This document shows positions 20,861 through 30,220 of a stretch of 64,000 bases of DNA, one piece after another. The translations under genes and the position numbers were made by a program. The notes beneath the pieces are model-generated. The model saw nothing but the letters and a program-made list of their open reading frames with translations, was not told where the DNA came from and did not search any database. The stretch lies in the IMG/VR virus record IMGVR_UViG_3300032007_000009; one strand, given 5' to 3'. How positions within the stretch are numbered: position 1 is the stretch's first letter; every line of letters begins with the position of its first letter. This stretch comes from a virus (Duplodnaviria; Caudoviricetes).

Positions 20861-21517
20861 ATGAATGAAAGTAAGACAATATTTTTTATATTAGATTCTT
20901 TTGAATTATATGATTTTAAAAAATTATATAATAATTTAGATTATGTATGTTGTTATTCTTATATTGATACTGAATATGCAATTGATAATAAAATACTAAA
21001 TATCGTAACATATGATATTGGACATCTATCATTTGATTTAGAAACATTAGGATATAAAATATTTATTGGGTATAATGGTAAATATAAACATTTTACAGTT
21101 GGAATGTCTACTACAAATGGTAAAGAACTTAGATTTGGGCATAATCTCAGAAAACTTTTGATTGCAGGAGCTTTAGATAATGATTTAGGAATTGAACGAA
21201 AAAAATTTTATTATGATATGAATAAATCAACATCAGAATTATTAGCAGAACAATTAACAAAAGAAAAATTAGAAGATATATCATCTCTTCCCGAATATTA
21301 CAAAGGCAAACATCAATATGATCCAACACCAGAAGATTTTGAAATTATCAAAAAACTATTAAAAGGATTTAAAGAAAATGATGGATGTTCATATTATACT
21401 AATGATTTTGGACAAATATTTGTAAAAACAAACTCTGCGTCATGGAAAGCATTAGCTGGTAGAGAATGGTTAATAGATAAAGATAAAATGACTTGTAAAT
21501 TAATAGCAATGAATTAA
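20861..21517 (+). CDS. Hypothetical protein
   Basis: 218-aa ORF. Confidence 0.65.
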   Translation: MNESKTIFFILDSFELYDFKKLYNNLDYVCCYSYIDTEYAIDNKILNIVTYDIGHLSFDLETLGYKIFIGYNGKYKHFTVGMSTTNGKELRFGHNLRKLLIAGALDNDLGIERKKFYYDMNKSTSELLAEQLTKEKLEDISSLPEYYKGKHQYDPTPEDFEIIKKLLKGFKENDGCSYYTNDFGQIFVKTNSASWKALAGREWLIDKDKMTCKLIAMN

Positions 21518-21519
21518 TT

Positions 21520-21975
21520 ATGTGGATTAAAGAATTAATTAAACAATTATTTTGTAAACATGAATATTATTTTGTTCGTAATATTTATGGAGACGAAATA
21601 AATTTGCATGGAGGATATCGTTCCGAATGGAAATGTAAGAAATGTGGTAAAATTGAATATCGAAAGTATTTACAAACAACTACAATACTTGATAAACTCG
21701 AAAAATTGTATGATGAATATTATAAAAACAAATATGCTGAATGGTGTTCATTAAGATCTGAAACATTAAATCATATGCTTGAAGTAATGATAGATAATGC
21801 AAAGAATGGATTATGTTATGCAGACTTTGTTTTATTCTGTGAAGAAAAACATAATGATAAAAATTATTATGAAAAATGGTTTGATGAAAACAAACTTAAA
21901 TATGAAAGCAAACTTTTAGGTAATGAAAAATGTGATGAATGTAATAAGTATGAATTTCACATTCGTTGGAGATAA
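21520..21975 (+). CDS. Hypothetical protein with N-terminal Zn-ribbon (LFCKHEY...CKKCGK)
   Basis: CxH..CxxC motif. Confidence 0.65.
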   Translation: MWIKELIKQLFCKHEYYFVRNIYGDEINLHGGYRSEWKCKKCGKIEYRKYLQTTTILDKLEKLYDEYYKNKYAEWCSLRSETLNHMLEVMIDNAKNGLCYADFVLFCEEKHNDKNYYEKWFDENKLKYESKLLGNEKCDECNKYEFHIRWR

Positions 21976-21987
21976 AATTAAAATATT

Positions 21988-22371
21988 ATGAATAAAACAA
22001 ATTATCATTTAACACAAGGTATTAGAATATATTCTATTGATTATTTAATTAATAATGAATTAACTGAAACAGATTTAGCACATCTTTTTGATACACCAAG
22101 TCTGAAATATTCAATTATTATTGGTATGTTTAGATTTATTAATAGTAAAAAACGTAATAGTGATATTGTTAAACTAATTACAAAAAATAATAAATGGATA
22201 TTCAATAATGAATGGACTGAAGACCAATTCTTAACATTTGAAAATCAATTAGTACAATTATATAAAAATATTTATTACTATGGAGATAGAAAAGCTTTAT
22301 CTATGGCTCAAAACTTCATGATTATGTATGGGTTTAAAGTAAAAAATAATAACATTAATTTAGATAAATAA
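21988..22371 (+). CDS. Hypothetical protein
   Basis: ORF in co-oriented run. Confidence 0.6.
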   Translation: MNKTNYHLTQGIRIYSIDYLINNELTETDLAHLFDTPSLKYSIIIGMFRFINSKKRNSDIVKLITKNNKWIFNNEWTEDQFLTFENQLVQLYKNIYYYGDRKALSMAQNFMIMYGFKVKNNNINLDK

Positions 22372-22427
22372 TATGTAAAATATTTTTTATGATAAAACAT
22401 ATTAAAATTCATTCATAGATAGCATTT

Positions 22428-22515
22428 ATTCATCTTCTAAGCTTATAAAAATAGTTTTTAATATAATTTATAATATCACAAAAATAAACGTTTTTCATAA
22501 GCTTAGAAGATGAAT
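22428..22515. repeat. 19-bp inverted repeat (ATTCATCTTCTAAGCTTAT) with 50-nt AT-rich spacer
   Basis: Arms at 22428-22446 and 22497-22515, intergenic. Confidence 0.8.
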
Positions 22516-22598
22516 TTTTTAATTAAATATTTTGTAATAAAAAAATAAATTTTACTATATTTAAATATTATATCCACAAAAATATAAATATATATAAC

Positions 22599-23234
22599 GT
22601 GGAAATTTTTATAGGAATTGATCCTTCATTAAATAGTACTGGATTATGTTTACAATTTTATGAAGACAATAAGTTTGTTAAAGATATGTATTATATTGTG
22701 AAACCTAATAAATTAACTAAAAAAGAATTGGCAGCACAAGATAATATAATTAATTTTGATTATGCTTTATATGAAAAGATAGATCTTGATATGTATAAAG
22801 ATAATAATTTATTTTCTGAATATTGGAAAACTATTAATATGATACGAATAGTTAAGACTATTAAAGAATGTATTAAAGATAATATTCAAGGAAGAAAAAA
22901 TTATAAATTATATATAGTACAAGAAGGAATTAGTTATGGATCATCAATAAGAACAAAATCAGTATTTGATTTAGCAGGATTAAATTATATGATTCGTAAT
23001 GAATTCATTGAAAAAGAAAATGTAGTATTATTTATTGCGCCTCCTACACATATAAAGAAATTTGCTACAGGTATAGGTAATTGTAAAAAAGAACAAGTTA
23101 TAGAATTATTTAAGACAACACATAATGAGTTAACAGAAAAACTACCTAAAGTTGATGATATTGCTGATGCATATTATATGAGTCAATATGCGAGACATTT
23201 ATATTTAGAAAACAACAAAGAGGATAACGATTAA
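22599..23234 (+). CDS. RuvC-like Holliday junction resolvase
   Basis: IGIDPSLNSTG, VQEG, PT.IKKFATG.GN..K, DDIADA. Confidence 0.85.
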   Translation: MEIFIGIDPSLNSTGLCLQFYEDNKFVKDMYYIVKPNKLTKKELAAQDNIINFDYALYEKIDLDMYKDNNLFSEYWKTINMIRIVKTIKECIKDNIQGRKNYKLYIVQEGISYGSSIRTKSVFDLAGLNYMIRNEFIEKENVVLFIAPPTHIKKFATGIGNCKKEQVIELFKTTHNELTEKLPKVDDIADAYYMSQYARHLYLENNKEDND

Positions 23235-23245
23235 GTTATCCTCTT
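23218..23245. terminator. Bidirectional hairpin terminator
   Basis: AAGAGGATAAC-gattaa-GTTATCCTCTT between convergent genes. Confidence 0.7.
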
Positions 23246-23265
23246 ATTTATTTATTTCAAATATA

Positions 23266-24540
23266 TTATTTCTTATTTTCTTCTAACATTCTTAAATCTT
23301 TTGCAACTTTATTGAGTAACATAAGTTTTACTGGATCATTTTTACATTGTTCTGCAAGCATAGCTATCTTTTTCTTACGAATTGAATATTGTGCTTCTTT
23401 ATTTGCTTCAAGTTGTTCTTTAATTTGTTGTGCTTCTGGATCTAATTTCTTACAATCTTCATTAATTCTATCTTCAAACATTGATTTAAGATCTATACCT
23501 GAAACTTTAATAACATCATTCAATGCTTCTGCCATATAATCATAGTTCTTTGTGAATGAACCAGAATGAACAGAATTAAATACTGTCAAATTAACATTAT
23601 CTTTTCCTTCAATAATTGCACATGTTGTACCATTCATTGAAGAAAGAATCTTACAATTATCTATTAAAACTATATTTTCAATATTTTCAAATACTGTTGC
23701 AATTGCAGAAGAAACCTTCATTAATTGCATCTTTTCATTCATTGGTAATACTTTTGATAAATTGTTGCAATATTCAACAAATGCAATGTGATCTTCAAAT
23801 TTTTCAGAAATGTTAGGAGCAGTGAATTCTAAAACATTTTCATTGATTTCAAAACGATATGTTCCACGTGCACCCTTATATTCATAATAAATATTTTCAC
23901 CGTTACGTCCGAAATTTTCTAACAATGTATTTACTTTATTAAATGTTTCATCTTCACATTCTTTAACCAATTCTACTTTACTTTCACCAATCTTAAATAC
24001 TGAACCATAAGCTTTAAAGAATGATTCCTTAGCTTCATTAGTAAATACATAACTAATTGGATTAACTACAGTATAATTAGGAGTTTGAGCTTCTGTAATT
24101 TGAGTCTTGTAAACTTCTTTGCAGATAGCACGGAATTCAGGAATGTACTGAATATTCTTTAAAGAACCTGCCTTAATGTAACTAATTACTTCAGCTTCAT
24201 TCATTTCAAGAAGTTTTTCAACTTGTTGAACACCAAGTTTATTGATGTAATTGTAAGTTGAATTATTTGCAGAGATACTTTCACATGCAGACGCAAGTTT
24301 CCAAGATATGTTATTTTCTTTAATAAACTTATTTACAGATTCTAAAATATTGGTTAAACCTGTATCAAAACCGTACTTAGATGCTTCTGCAACAAAGCCA
24401 TTAACTAGTGAACAAGATATAGGATTATTATAACAAAATCCTTTATATCTACTAAGCATTTCCTTACCTGCCTCTGTTATAGCCTCTGTCTTTGTAATAA
24501 GTTCGGCAAAGTTAAGGTTTGTCAATAATTTTTCGCTCAT
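23266..24540 (-). CDS. Putative prohead core/head structural protein (start MSEKLL at 24540)
   Basis: Many (I/L)xE motifs (ITE, ILE, LLE, INE); upstream TTG extension is low-complexity and unlikely. Confidence 0.5.
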   Translation of the reverse strand: MSEKLLTNLNFAELITKTEAITEAGKEMLSRYKGFCYNNPISCSLVNGFVAEASKYGFDTGLTNILESVNKFIKENNISWKLASACESISANNSTYNYINKLGVQQVEKLLEMNEAEVISYIKAGSLKNIQYIPEFRAICKEVYKTQITEAQTPNYTVVNPISYVFTNEAKESFFKAYGSVFKIGESKVELVKECEDETFNKVNTLLENFGRNGENIYYEYKGARGTYRFEINENVLEFTAPNISEKFEDHIAFVEYCNNLSKVLPMNEKMQLMKVSSAIATVFENIENIVLIDNCKILSSMNGTTCAIIEGKDNVNLTVFNSVHSGSFTKNYDYMAEALNDVIKVSGIDLKSMFEDRINEDCKKLDPEAQQIKEQLEANKEAQYSIRKKKIAMLAEQCKNDPVKLMLLNKVAKDLRMLEENKK

Positions 24541-24662
24541 ACTTATATATTTGTTATATTTATAGATTTCTTTAATATAATTAAAAATAATTATTTCTAA
24601 TATATATAAAAATAAAATAAAATAAAAAATTATATACAATTTCTTATATTTTTTAAATTATC

Positions 24663-25355
24663 TTATTTAAATTCGTTTGGATCATCATAACCTAATTGAG
24701 ATTCTGCTCTCTTCTTAAGTTCATCTTCATGTCCAAAATAGTTTTTTGCTAAAATTGGATAACAGTCATAATATTTAACATCATAATCATAATGGAAATC
24801 CATTCTAAACATATTTACTTGTTGGTCAGTATTCTTTCCACGTTTTCCTTTAAAGTCAAATACTTCAAATGTATCAGGATTCCATCTATCATATATAATC
24901 AAATCACGTTCTTCTACATCATCAGGATCAATATCTTCTCCTTTACGTCCTTGAATATAATTATCTGATTCTTTATATGCTTTATATTGTTTTTCAATTT
25001 CAGTTAAATCAAATTGCTTAATCCAATCTAAATTGATTTTTTGTTTTTCTAACTTATCATGATTACTTAAAAAGAAACCTCTAAATCCTTTTTCTGTTGA
25101 TAAACCATATTTCTTATAAATTTGATATATCATTGATTTAGGCCAAGTTGATTTAGTTATAAATTTCTTAAATGTTGTACGTAATTCTGTTTGATTATCT
25201 AATGAAATTTTTTGGCCTTTCATATCTTCACAGAATCTTTTAATATTCATTAATACTTCAGATGCTTCAGAATCTTTAATATTAAAAACATTATTTAATG
25301 TAAGTCCTTCATTAAGTTGAAATGATTCTTTTATAAATTCTAAAATTGATTTCAT
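24663..25355 (-). CDS. Putative internal head protein (leader MKSILEFIKE)
   Basis: T4 CTS-like 10-aa leader. Confidence 0.6.
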   Translation of the reverse strand: MKSILEFIKESFQLNEGLTLNNVFNIKDSEASEVLMNIKRFCEDMKGQKISLDNQTELRTTFKKFITKSTWPKSMIYQIYKKYGLSTEKGFRGFFLSNHDKLEKQKINLDWIKQFDLTEIEKQYKAYKESDNYIQGRKGEDIDPDDVEERDLIIYDRWNPDTFEVFDFKGKRGKNTDQQVNMFRMDFHYDYDVKYYDCYPILAKNYFGHEDELKKRAESQLGYDDPNEFK

Positions 25356-25385
25356 ATAATTTAGTATAATTTTATAAATAAAATA

Positions 25386-25781
25386 TTAATCTTTTTCTAT
25401 CAAATTCCATATTATATCAAAATCTTCTTTATTAAATATAGGGTAAAAAAATCTATTGATAAATATTCCTAATACATAAGATGAATTAGAATTATTTTTC
25501 TTAATATAATCATTAAGGTATCCATCATATGTATTTACTTCATTTCCTTCAGAATTAATAGACTTCATAAATTTTGTTCTATACCAAGATAAATTTCCAT
25601 TATCACTGATTAAGAACATTGGTTTTCTTGACCAATCATGTTTTTTATTATCCCACCCTTTAACACGTTTAATTATTGATCCCCAAATAGAATTATCATC
25701 TGTACTTAATGCATTTAATATTTGAGTATCTATTTTATTATCTGATTTGTCTTCTTTAATTAATTCAGTTAAATTCTTCAT
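25386..25781 (-). CDS. Putative internal head protein (leader MKNLTELIKE)
   Basis: T4 CTS-like 10-aa leader. Confidence 0.6.
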   Translation of the reverse strand: MKNLTELIKEDKSDNKIDTQILNALSTDDNSIWGSIIKRVKGWDNKKHDWSRKPMFLISDNGNLSWYRTKFMKSINSEGNEVNTYDGYLNDYIKKNNSNSSYVLGIFINRFFYPIFNKEDFDIIWNLIEKD

Positions 25782-25793
25782 ATTTATTATTTA

Positions 25794-26081
25794 TTATAAT
25801 TTCCATCCCATATACCCACAGATGACTCCCATGACTAATTTAGATGATAATAAACTACCGAATGAACCTTTAGGATCACAACCTAAAGCTTTACATATAG
25901 CAGCACCTAATTTAGGACCCAAAGTAGAACCAAATGCTAATCCACCTAAAGCTCCTAATATTCCTTCATCTATAGGTAAATTGTTTTCTTTTGCTTCTTG
26001 TAATTTTTGAATTATACTATCATATGATAATACTTCATTAATTTGAGATTTATCTTTAACAATTTCTTCTATTGATTTCAT
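25794..26081 (-). CDS. Small virion protein with glycine-zipper membrane segment
   Basis: Charged N-terminal half with INE/IDE sites followed by GILGALGGLAFG... Confidence 0.6.
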   Translation of the reverse strand: MKSIEEIVKDKSQINEVLSYDSIIQKLQEAKENNLPIDEGILGALGGLAFGSTLGPKLGAAICKALGCDPKGSFGSLLSSKLVMGVICGYMGWKL

Positions 26082-26144
26082 AAACAAATGTTTAAATTTA
26101 TATTTAAAAATAAAACAAATAATTAATTTAGAAAAATAAATAAA

Positions 26145-28133
26145 TTAAGGTATTGGTTGAATTCTACTTGAAACATTTGACCATTGTGACTTATATGTAT
26201 TAACAGCAGATGAAGGTACATATATAATATATGAAGCTTGATTAAATTGAGAAGTTCCTGAACGTGTTGGTGGTATTAATGAATTGAATGTTATTGATGT
26301 TAATGATGTACAGCCAGCAAAACACCCATCACCAAGAGATGTAACTGATTCAGGAATATCTAAGTTTCCTGTTAAACTACTACAATTATAAAAACACCAT
26401 GATCCTATAGATGTTAATTCTGAGTTTAAAGTTCCAATAGATGTTAATGATGTACATCCATAAAATGCAACATTACCTATTGATTCACATGAAGATACAT
26501 CAATAGAAGTTATACTAGAACATCCATAAAATGCGCCTGAACCTATTGATGTACATGAAGATAAATTTATTGTACCTTGATATGTTAATAAATTACATCC
26601 AAAAAATGCTCTTTGATTTATTTGAACTATATTTTCCCATGTAATATTTATTGTTGTTAATTTACTACATCCTTCGAAAATGTTGTCAGGTATAGTTGTT
26701 ATTGGAGGTAATGAAATAGATTGTAAATTTTTACAATTAAAAAATACATTTCTACCTATTGATGTCAAATTAGAACTAAGTGTACCTATTGATGTTAATG
26801 ATGTACATCCATAAAATGCAGAATTTCCAATTGATGTACATGAAGATATATTGATAGAAGTTATACTAGAACATCCACTAAATGCACCTTCTCCTATTGA
26901 TGTACATGTAGATAAATTTATTGTATCTTGATATGTTAATAAACTACATCCAAAAAATGATCTTTTATTTATTTGAACTATATTTTCCCATGTAATATTT
27001 GCTGTTGTTAATTTACTACATCCTTCGAAAATGCTTTCAGGTATAGTTGTTATTGCAGGCAATGAAGCCGATTGTAAATTTGTACAATTAAAAAATACAT
27101 TTTTACCGGGATATGCACTTGTAAATGAAGATAAATTAGGTAAGTTAATTGATTGCAAACTAGTACATTTGTTAAATGCATAATTTCCAATATTAACTAC
27201 ATTAGGAATAATTGCACTACTTAAATTAGTACATCCATAAAATGCACCACCACCTATTGAGGTTAATTTTGGAAAATTAATTGATGTTAATGATGTACAA
27301 CCACTACATGCGTTACTATTACTTATAGTTTCTAAATTTGGAAAATCTAATTCTTCTAATGATGAGCATTTAAATAAATATTCATGAGATATTGTTTTAA
27401 TATTAATTCCATTTGTTATATGTTTTAAATTTGTACAATTATAAAAAGAACATAATGTTTCTTGTATTTCAGGTAATTTAACAGATGTAAGATTTGTATT
27501 ATTATTAAAACCTAATGCTTCTTTTCTATCATTATTAATTACTGTTATATTTGAAAAATCAAAATCTCCAATTAAATTACAACCAGTAAACACACCACCA
27601 CCACAACGTGTAATGTTTTGATAATTTTTTAATATTGTTAAATTTGTACATCCTGAGAAATTTCCCCTATCATCAAGATCAGTAATATTTATTAAATCAA
27701 TATCAGTTAAATTAGTACATTGTTTAAAACATTCAGATGGTAATGTATGTATATTAATAAAATATTTAAATTCATCAAAGCTACCAATAGATTTTCCATA
27801 AAATCTTTTATGTACTGTTACTGTAGCTGATCTAGCATTAGTAATTGTAAGTCCATTATCTCCATTACCAAACATTTCAACACAAACGGCTTCTGTATTA
27901 GGATCTGCAAATCTTATATATGGATCATTAGTTGAAATAATGTATAAATCTTCAAACTTTTGTGTTAAAAAGTTTATTGCATCAATATAACCATGTGTTA
28001 TTTCTACACGACCACATAAATATTGTTCAACATTATCATCTAAACCTTTACATAACTGATATAAGAATTCAATTATGTTTTCATTAATTGGTTTTGTAAT
28101 TTCATTATTTTGTGATATACTTAATTTAATCAT
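26145..28133 (-). CDS. BspA-type leucine-rich repeat (LRR_5) protein
   Basis: Repeated 'TSIG..AFYGCTSLTSI', FADP motif, C-terminal 'IYVPSSAVNTYK..W'. Confidence 0.9.
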   Translation of the reverse strand: MIKLSISQNNEITKPINENIIEFLYQLCKGLDDNVEQYLCGRVEITHGYIDAINFLTQKFEDLYIISTNDPYIRFADPNTEAVCVEMFGNGDNGLTITNARSATVTVHKRFYGKSIGSFDEFKYFINIHTLPSECFKQCTNLTDIDLINITDLDDRGNFSGCTNLTILKNYQNITRCGGGVFTGCNLIGDFDFSNITVINNDRKEALGFNNNTNLTSVKLPEIQETLCSFYNCTNLKHITNGINIKTISHEYLFKCSSLEELDFPNLETISNSNACSGCTSLTSINFPKLTSIGGGAFYGCTNLSSAIIPNVVNIGNYAFNKCTSLQSINLPNLSSFTSAYPGKNVFFNCTNLQSASLPAITTIPESIFEGCSKLTTANITWENIVQINKRSFFGCSLLTYQDTINLSTCTSIGEGAFSGCSSITSINISSCTSIGNSAFYGCTSLTSIGTLSSNLTSIGRNVFFNCKNLQSISLPPITTIPDNIFEGCSKLTTINITWENIVQINQRAFFGCNLLTYQGTINLSSCTSIGSGAFYGCSSITSIDVSSCESIGNVAFYGCTSLTSIGTLNSELTSIGSWCFYNCSSLTGNLDIPESVTSLGDGCFAGCTSLTSITFNSLIPPTRSGTSQFNQASYIIYVPSSAVNTYKSQWSNVSSRIQPIP
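26400..27101 (-). repeat. 351-bp tandem duplication inside the LRR gene
   Basis: 26521-26703 aligns to 26872-27054 (offset 351 nt = 117 aa). Confidence 0.8.
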
Positions 28134-28150
28134 TATGATATAAAAAATAT

Positions 28151-29836
28151 TTATATAAAATATATGTCAATATCTTTAGCTATTATAGAATTTTTCTTAC
28201 CATTAATAATATCTGATTTATCAGGATAAATTTTAAATCCTCCATGTAATATTGGTACTTCCATTTTTGAATCTACTTGAATATTTCCAACTGAATCTAA
28301 TCCAGGTAATATTGAATTTTCATAAATATGTTTTACAGGAATATAATGATATGTACCATTATGTGATTGTATTTCATATTTAATATAATAATTATCATAA
28401 AAAGCTTTTTCTGCAGTTTCTGATATTATATCCATGTCTAATGATAATATGTTTTCACAGTTATCAATACATAAACTTATAAGTTCAGATTTTGCAATAA
28501 ATTGTGTTGAATCTTTAAGATTAATAAAATATTCACATAATGTTTTTCTTATGGAAGATTTAATTGTATCTTTATTATATACATTATCTGCTTTAACATA
28601 ACACATTATTGCATATTTTCTAATTATAGGGTCTTTAAATGATATTGATATACCCGCAAAAGATTTCTTTGAATTTTCTAATGTATTACAAATCATTTCT
28701 TTTTGTTCAGATGACAATATGAATTCTGAATCTTTTATATTAAAATAGTCTTCAATATCTTTTATTTGATTCTTTGTATTTGTTAAACAAACAACATTCA
28801 TTACCATACTATTAGATTCTGTCCAACAACTAACATAACCAATAAATGAAAAGCGTTTAAAGAATAATCTAAAATTATCTTCAGATGCTAATACTAATGA
28901 ACGTGAATTTGTACCTATCATATTTCTAATAAATTCAATACTATCTGATTCTTTTCCTCCAGATATACAAGTTAATACTGATAATGTCATATAATCATTT
29001 ATATTGACAGAATTACCTAATGCATCAGACCCATATTCTCTAAATGTAAAATCATAAATATCTGTAGATGATATATTTCCATTTTCTCCAGAATGTTTTA
29101 GATATTCTATATTAACAGTATCGCCTTCTTGTAATATTGTTCCATATGTTTCATTTCCAAATATTACATCAAATGCATTATCATATCCAATACTGATAAA
29201 ATATTCATGACCATTTTCTGTCATATCATATAAATTTCCAACTTCTGTCCATTCTTCTCCATTAACTTTAACTGTTATATATTGTCTATCAAATAATTGC
29301 AAAGTTGAACAGTGTACAGCTTCTAATGCAGTTCCTTGTGCTGCATATGTAAATTGTTCAAACACACCTTGAACAATTTTGAATTCATGAGTCATTAATG
29401 GTTTTGAAACATCAAATGAATATACATTTGTAGGTAATACTATTGAATATACAAAACCAGAATTTCTATTCATAACAGTAGTATGATTATTAATATATAC
29501 TTTTGTGGTTTTTGAATCTAAACCATTATTTATTTGAAGTTTACCTAATAATATTCCTGATGCTGCAGATCCATAATAAGCTTCAAATCCAGATATTTTC
29601 GCTAATGAATATACAGATTGTTTACGAGATGCTTTAAATATATTTTGTTCAGTTAATGCATCTTCTATATAAAACATTATGTTTTCCATAATGCCTTTCA
29701 TACCATTAAATATTATTCCAAATATTTGAGTATTTGAATATTGTAAACCTAAACTATTAAAAGCTTTAGATAAATAACTATTAATAGTACTATCAAAATT
29801 TTCAAAATTAGTTTCTATTGTCTTAAATAATTTCAT
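28151..29836 (-). CDS. Baseplate wedge protein (T4 gp6-like)
   Basis: 'SVYSLAK..G', 'VIFGN..YG', 'GG.ESDSIE.IR', adjacent gp25-like gene. Confidence 0.8.
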   Translation of the reverse strand: MKLFKTIETNFENFDSTINSYLSKAFNSLGLQYSNTQIFGIIFNGMKGIMENIMFYIEDALTEQNIFKASRKQSVYSLAKISGFEAYYGSAASGILLGKLQINNGLDSKTTKVYINNHTTVMNRNSGFVYSIVLPTNVYSFDVSKPLMTHEFKIVQGVFEQFTYAAQGTALEAVHCSTLQLFDRQYITVKVNGEEWTEVGNLYDMTENGHEYFISIGYDNAFDVIFGNETYGTILQEGDTVNIEYLKHSGENGNISSTDIYDFTFREYGSDALGNSVNINDYMTLSVLTCISGGKESDSIEFIRNMIGTNSRSLVLASEDNFRLFFKRFSFIGYVSCWTESNSMVMNVVCLTNTKNQIKDIEDYFNIKDSEFILSSEQKEMICNTLENSKKSFAGISISFKDPIIRKYAIMCYVKADNVYNKDTIKSSIRKTLCEYFINLKDSTQFIAKSELISLCIDNCENILSLDMDIISETAEKAFYDNYYIKYEIQSHNGTYHYIPVKHIYENSILPGLDSVGNIQVDSKMEVPILHGGFKIYPDKSDIINGKKNSIIAKDIDIYFI

Positions 29837-29847
29837 ATTATAAATAA

Positions 29848-30192
29848 TTAACGGAATTCATAATTTCTTTCTATAGAATTATTCTCGTTATCATCATATA
29901 TTTTTATCTTAACCTGATATATAAATCTATATTCACCTTTTACTACATCTACATCTATATCTACATTAAGTTCATTTAAATAAACTGTATCTACAATTTT
30001 ACTTTGTATATATTTCTTTAATGCGTCTGTTGATGGAGATATTTGCCATGAAAACTGTTCAAAATCACATCCAAATTGTGGATATCCAATTAGTTCAGTT
30101 AATTCTGTATTAAATAATATATCTAATTCTTGTACTGCTTCATCTAATTTATTTCTTATGAATACTCTGCCATCTAATGCTAAATCTATCAT
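29848..30192 (-). CDS. Baseplate wedge/sheath initiator (T4 gp25-like)
   Basis: 'ILFNT...E.IGYPQFGCD.' motif. Confidence 0.75.
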   Translation of the reverse strand: MIDLALDGRVFIRNKLDEAVQELDILFNTELTELIGYPQFGCDFEQFSWQISPSTDALKKYIQSKIVDTVYLNELNVDIDVDVVKGEYRFIYQVKIKIYDDNENNSIERNYEFR

Positions 30193-30220
30193 AATATAAA
30201 TACATTATTTTATAAAAAAA

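Noticed and set aside
24541-24639. N-terminal hydrophobic extension of ORF 23266..24639
   Set aside because: Translation of AT-rich intergenic sequence from a TTG; ATG at 24540 is more plausible
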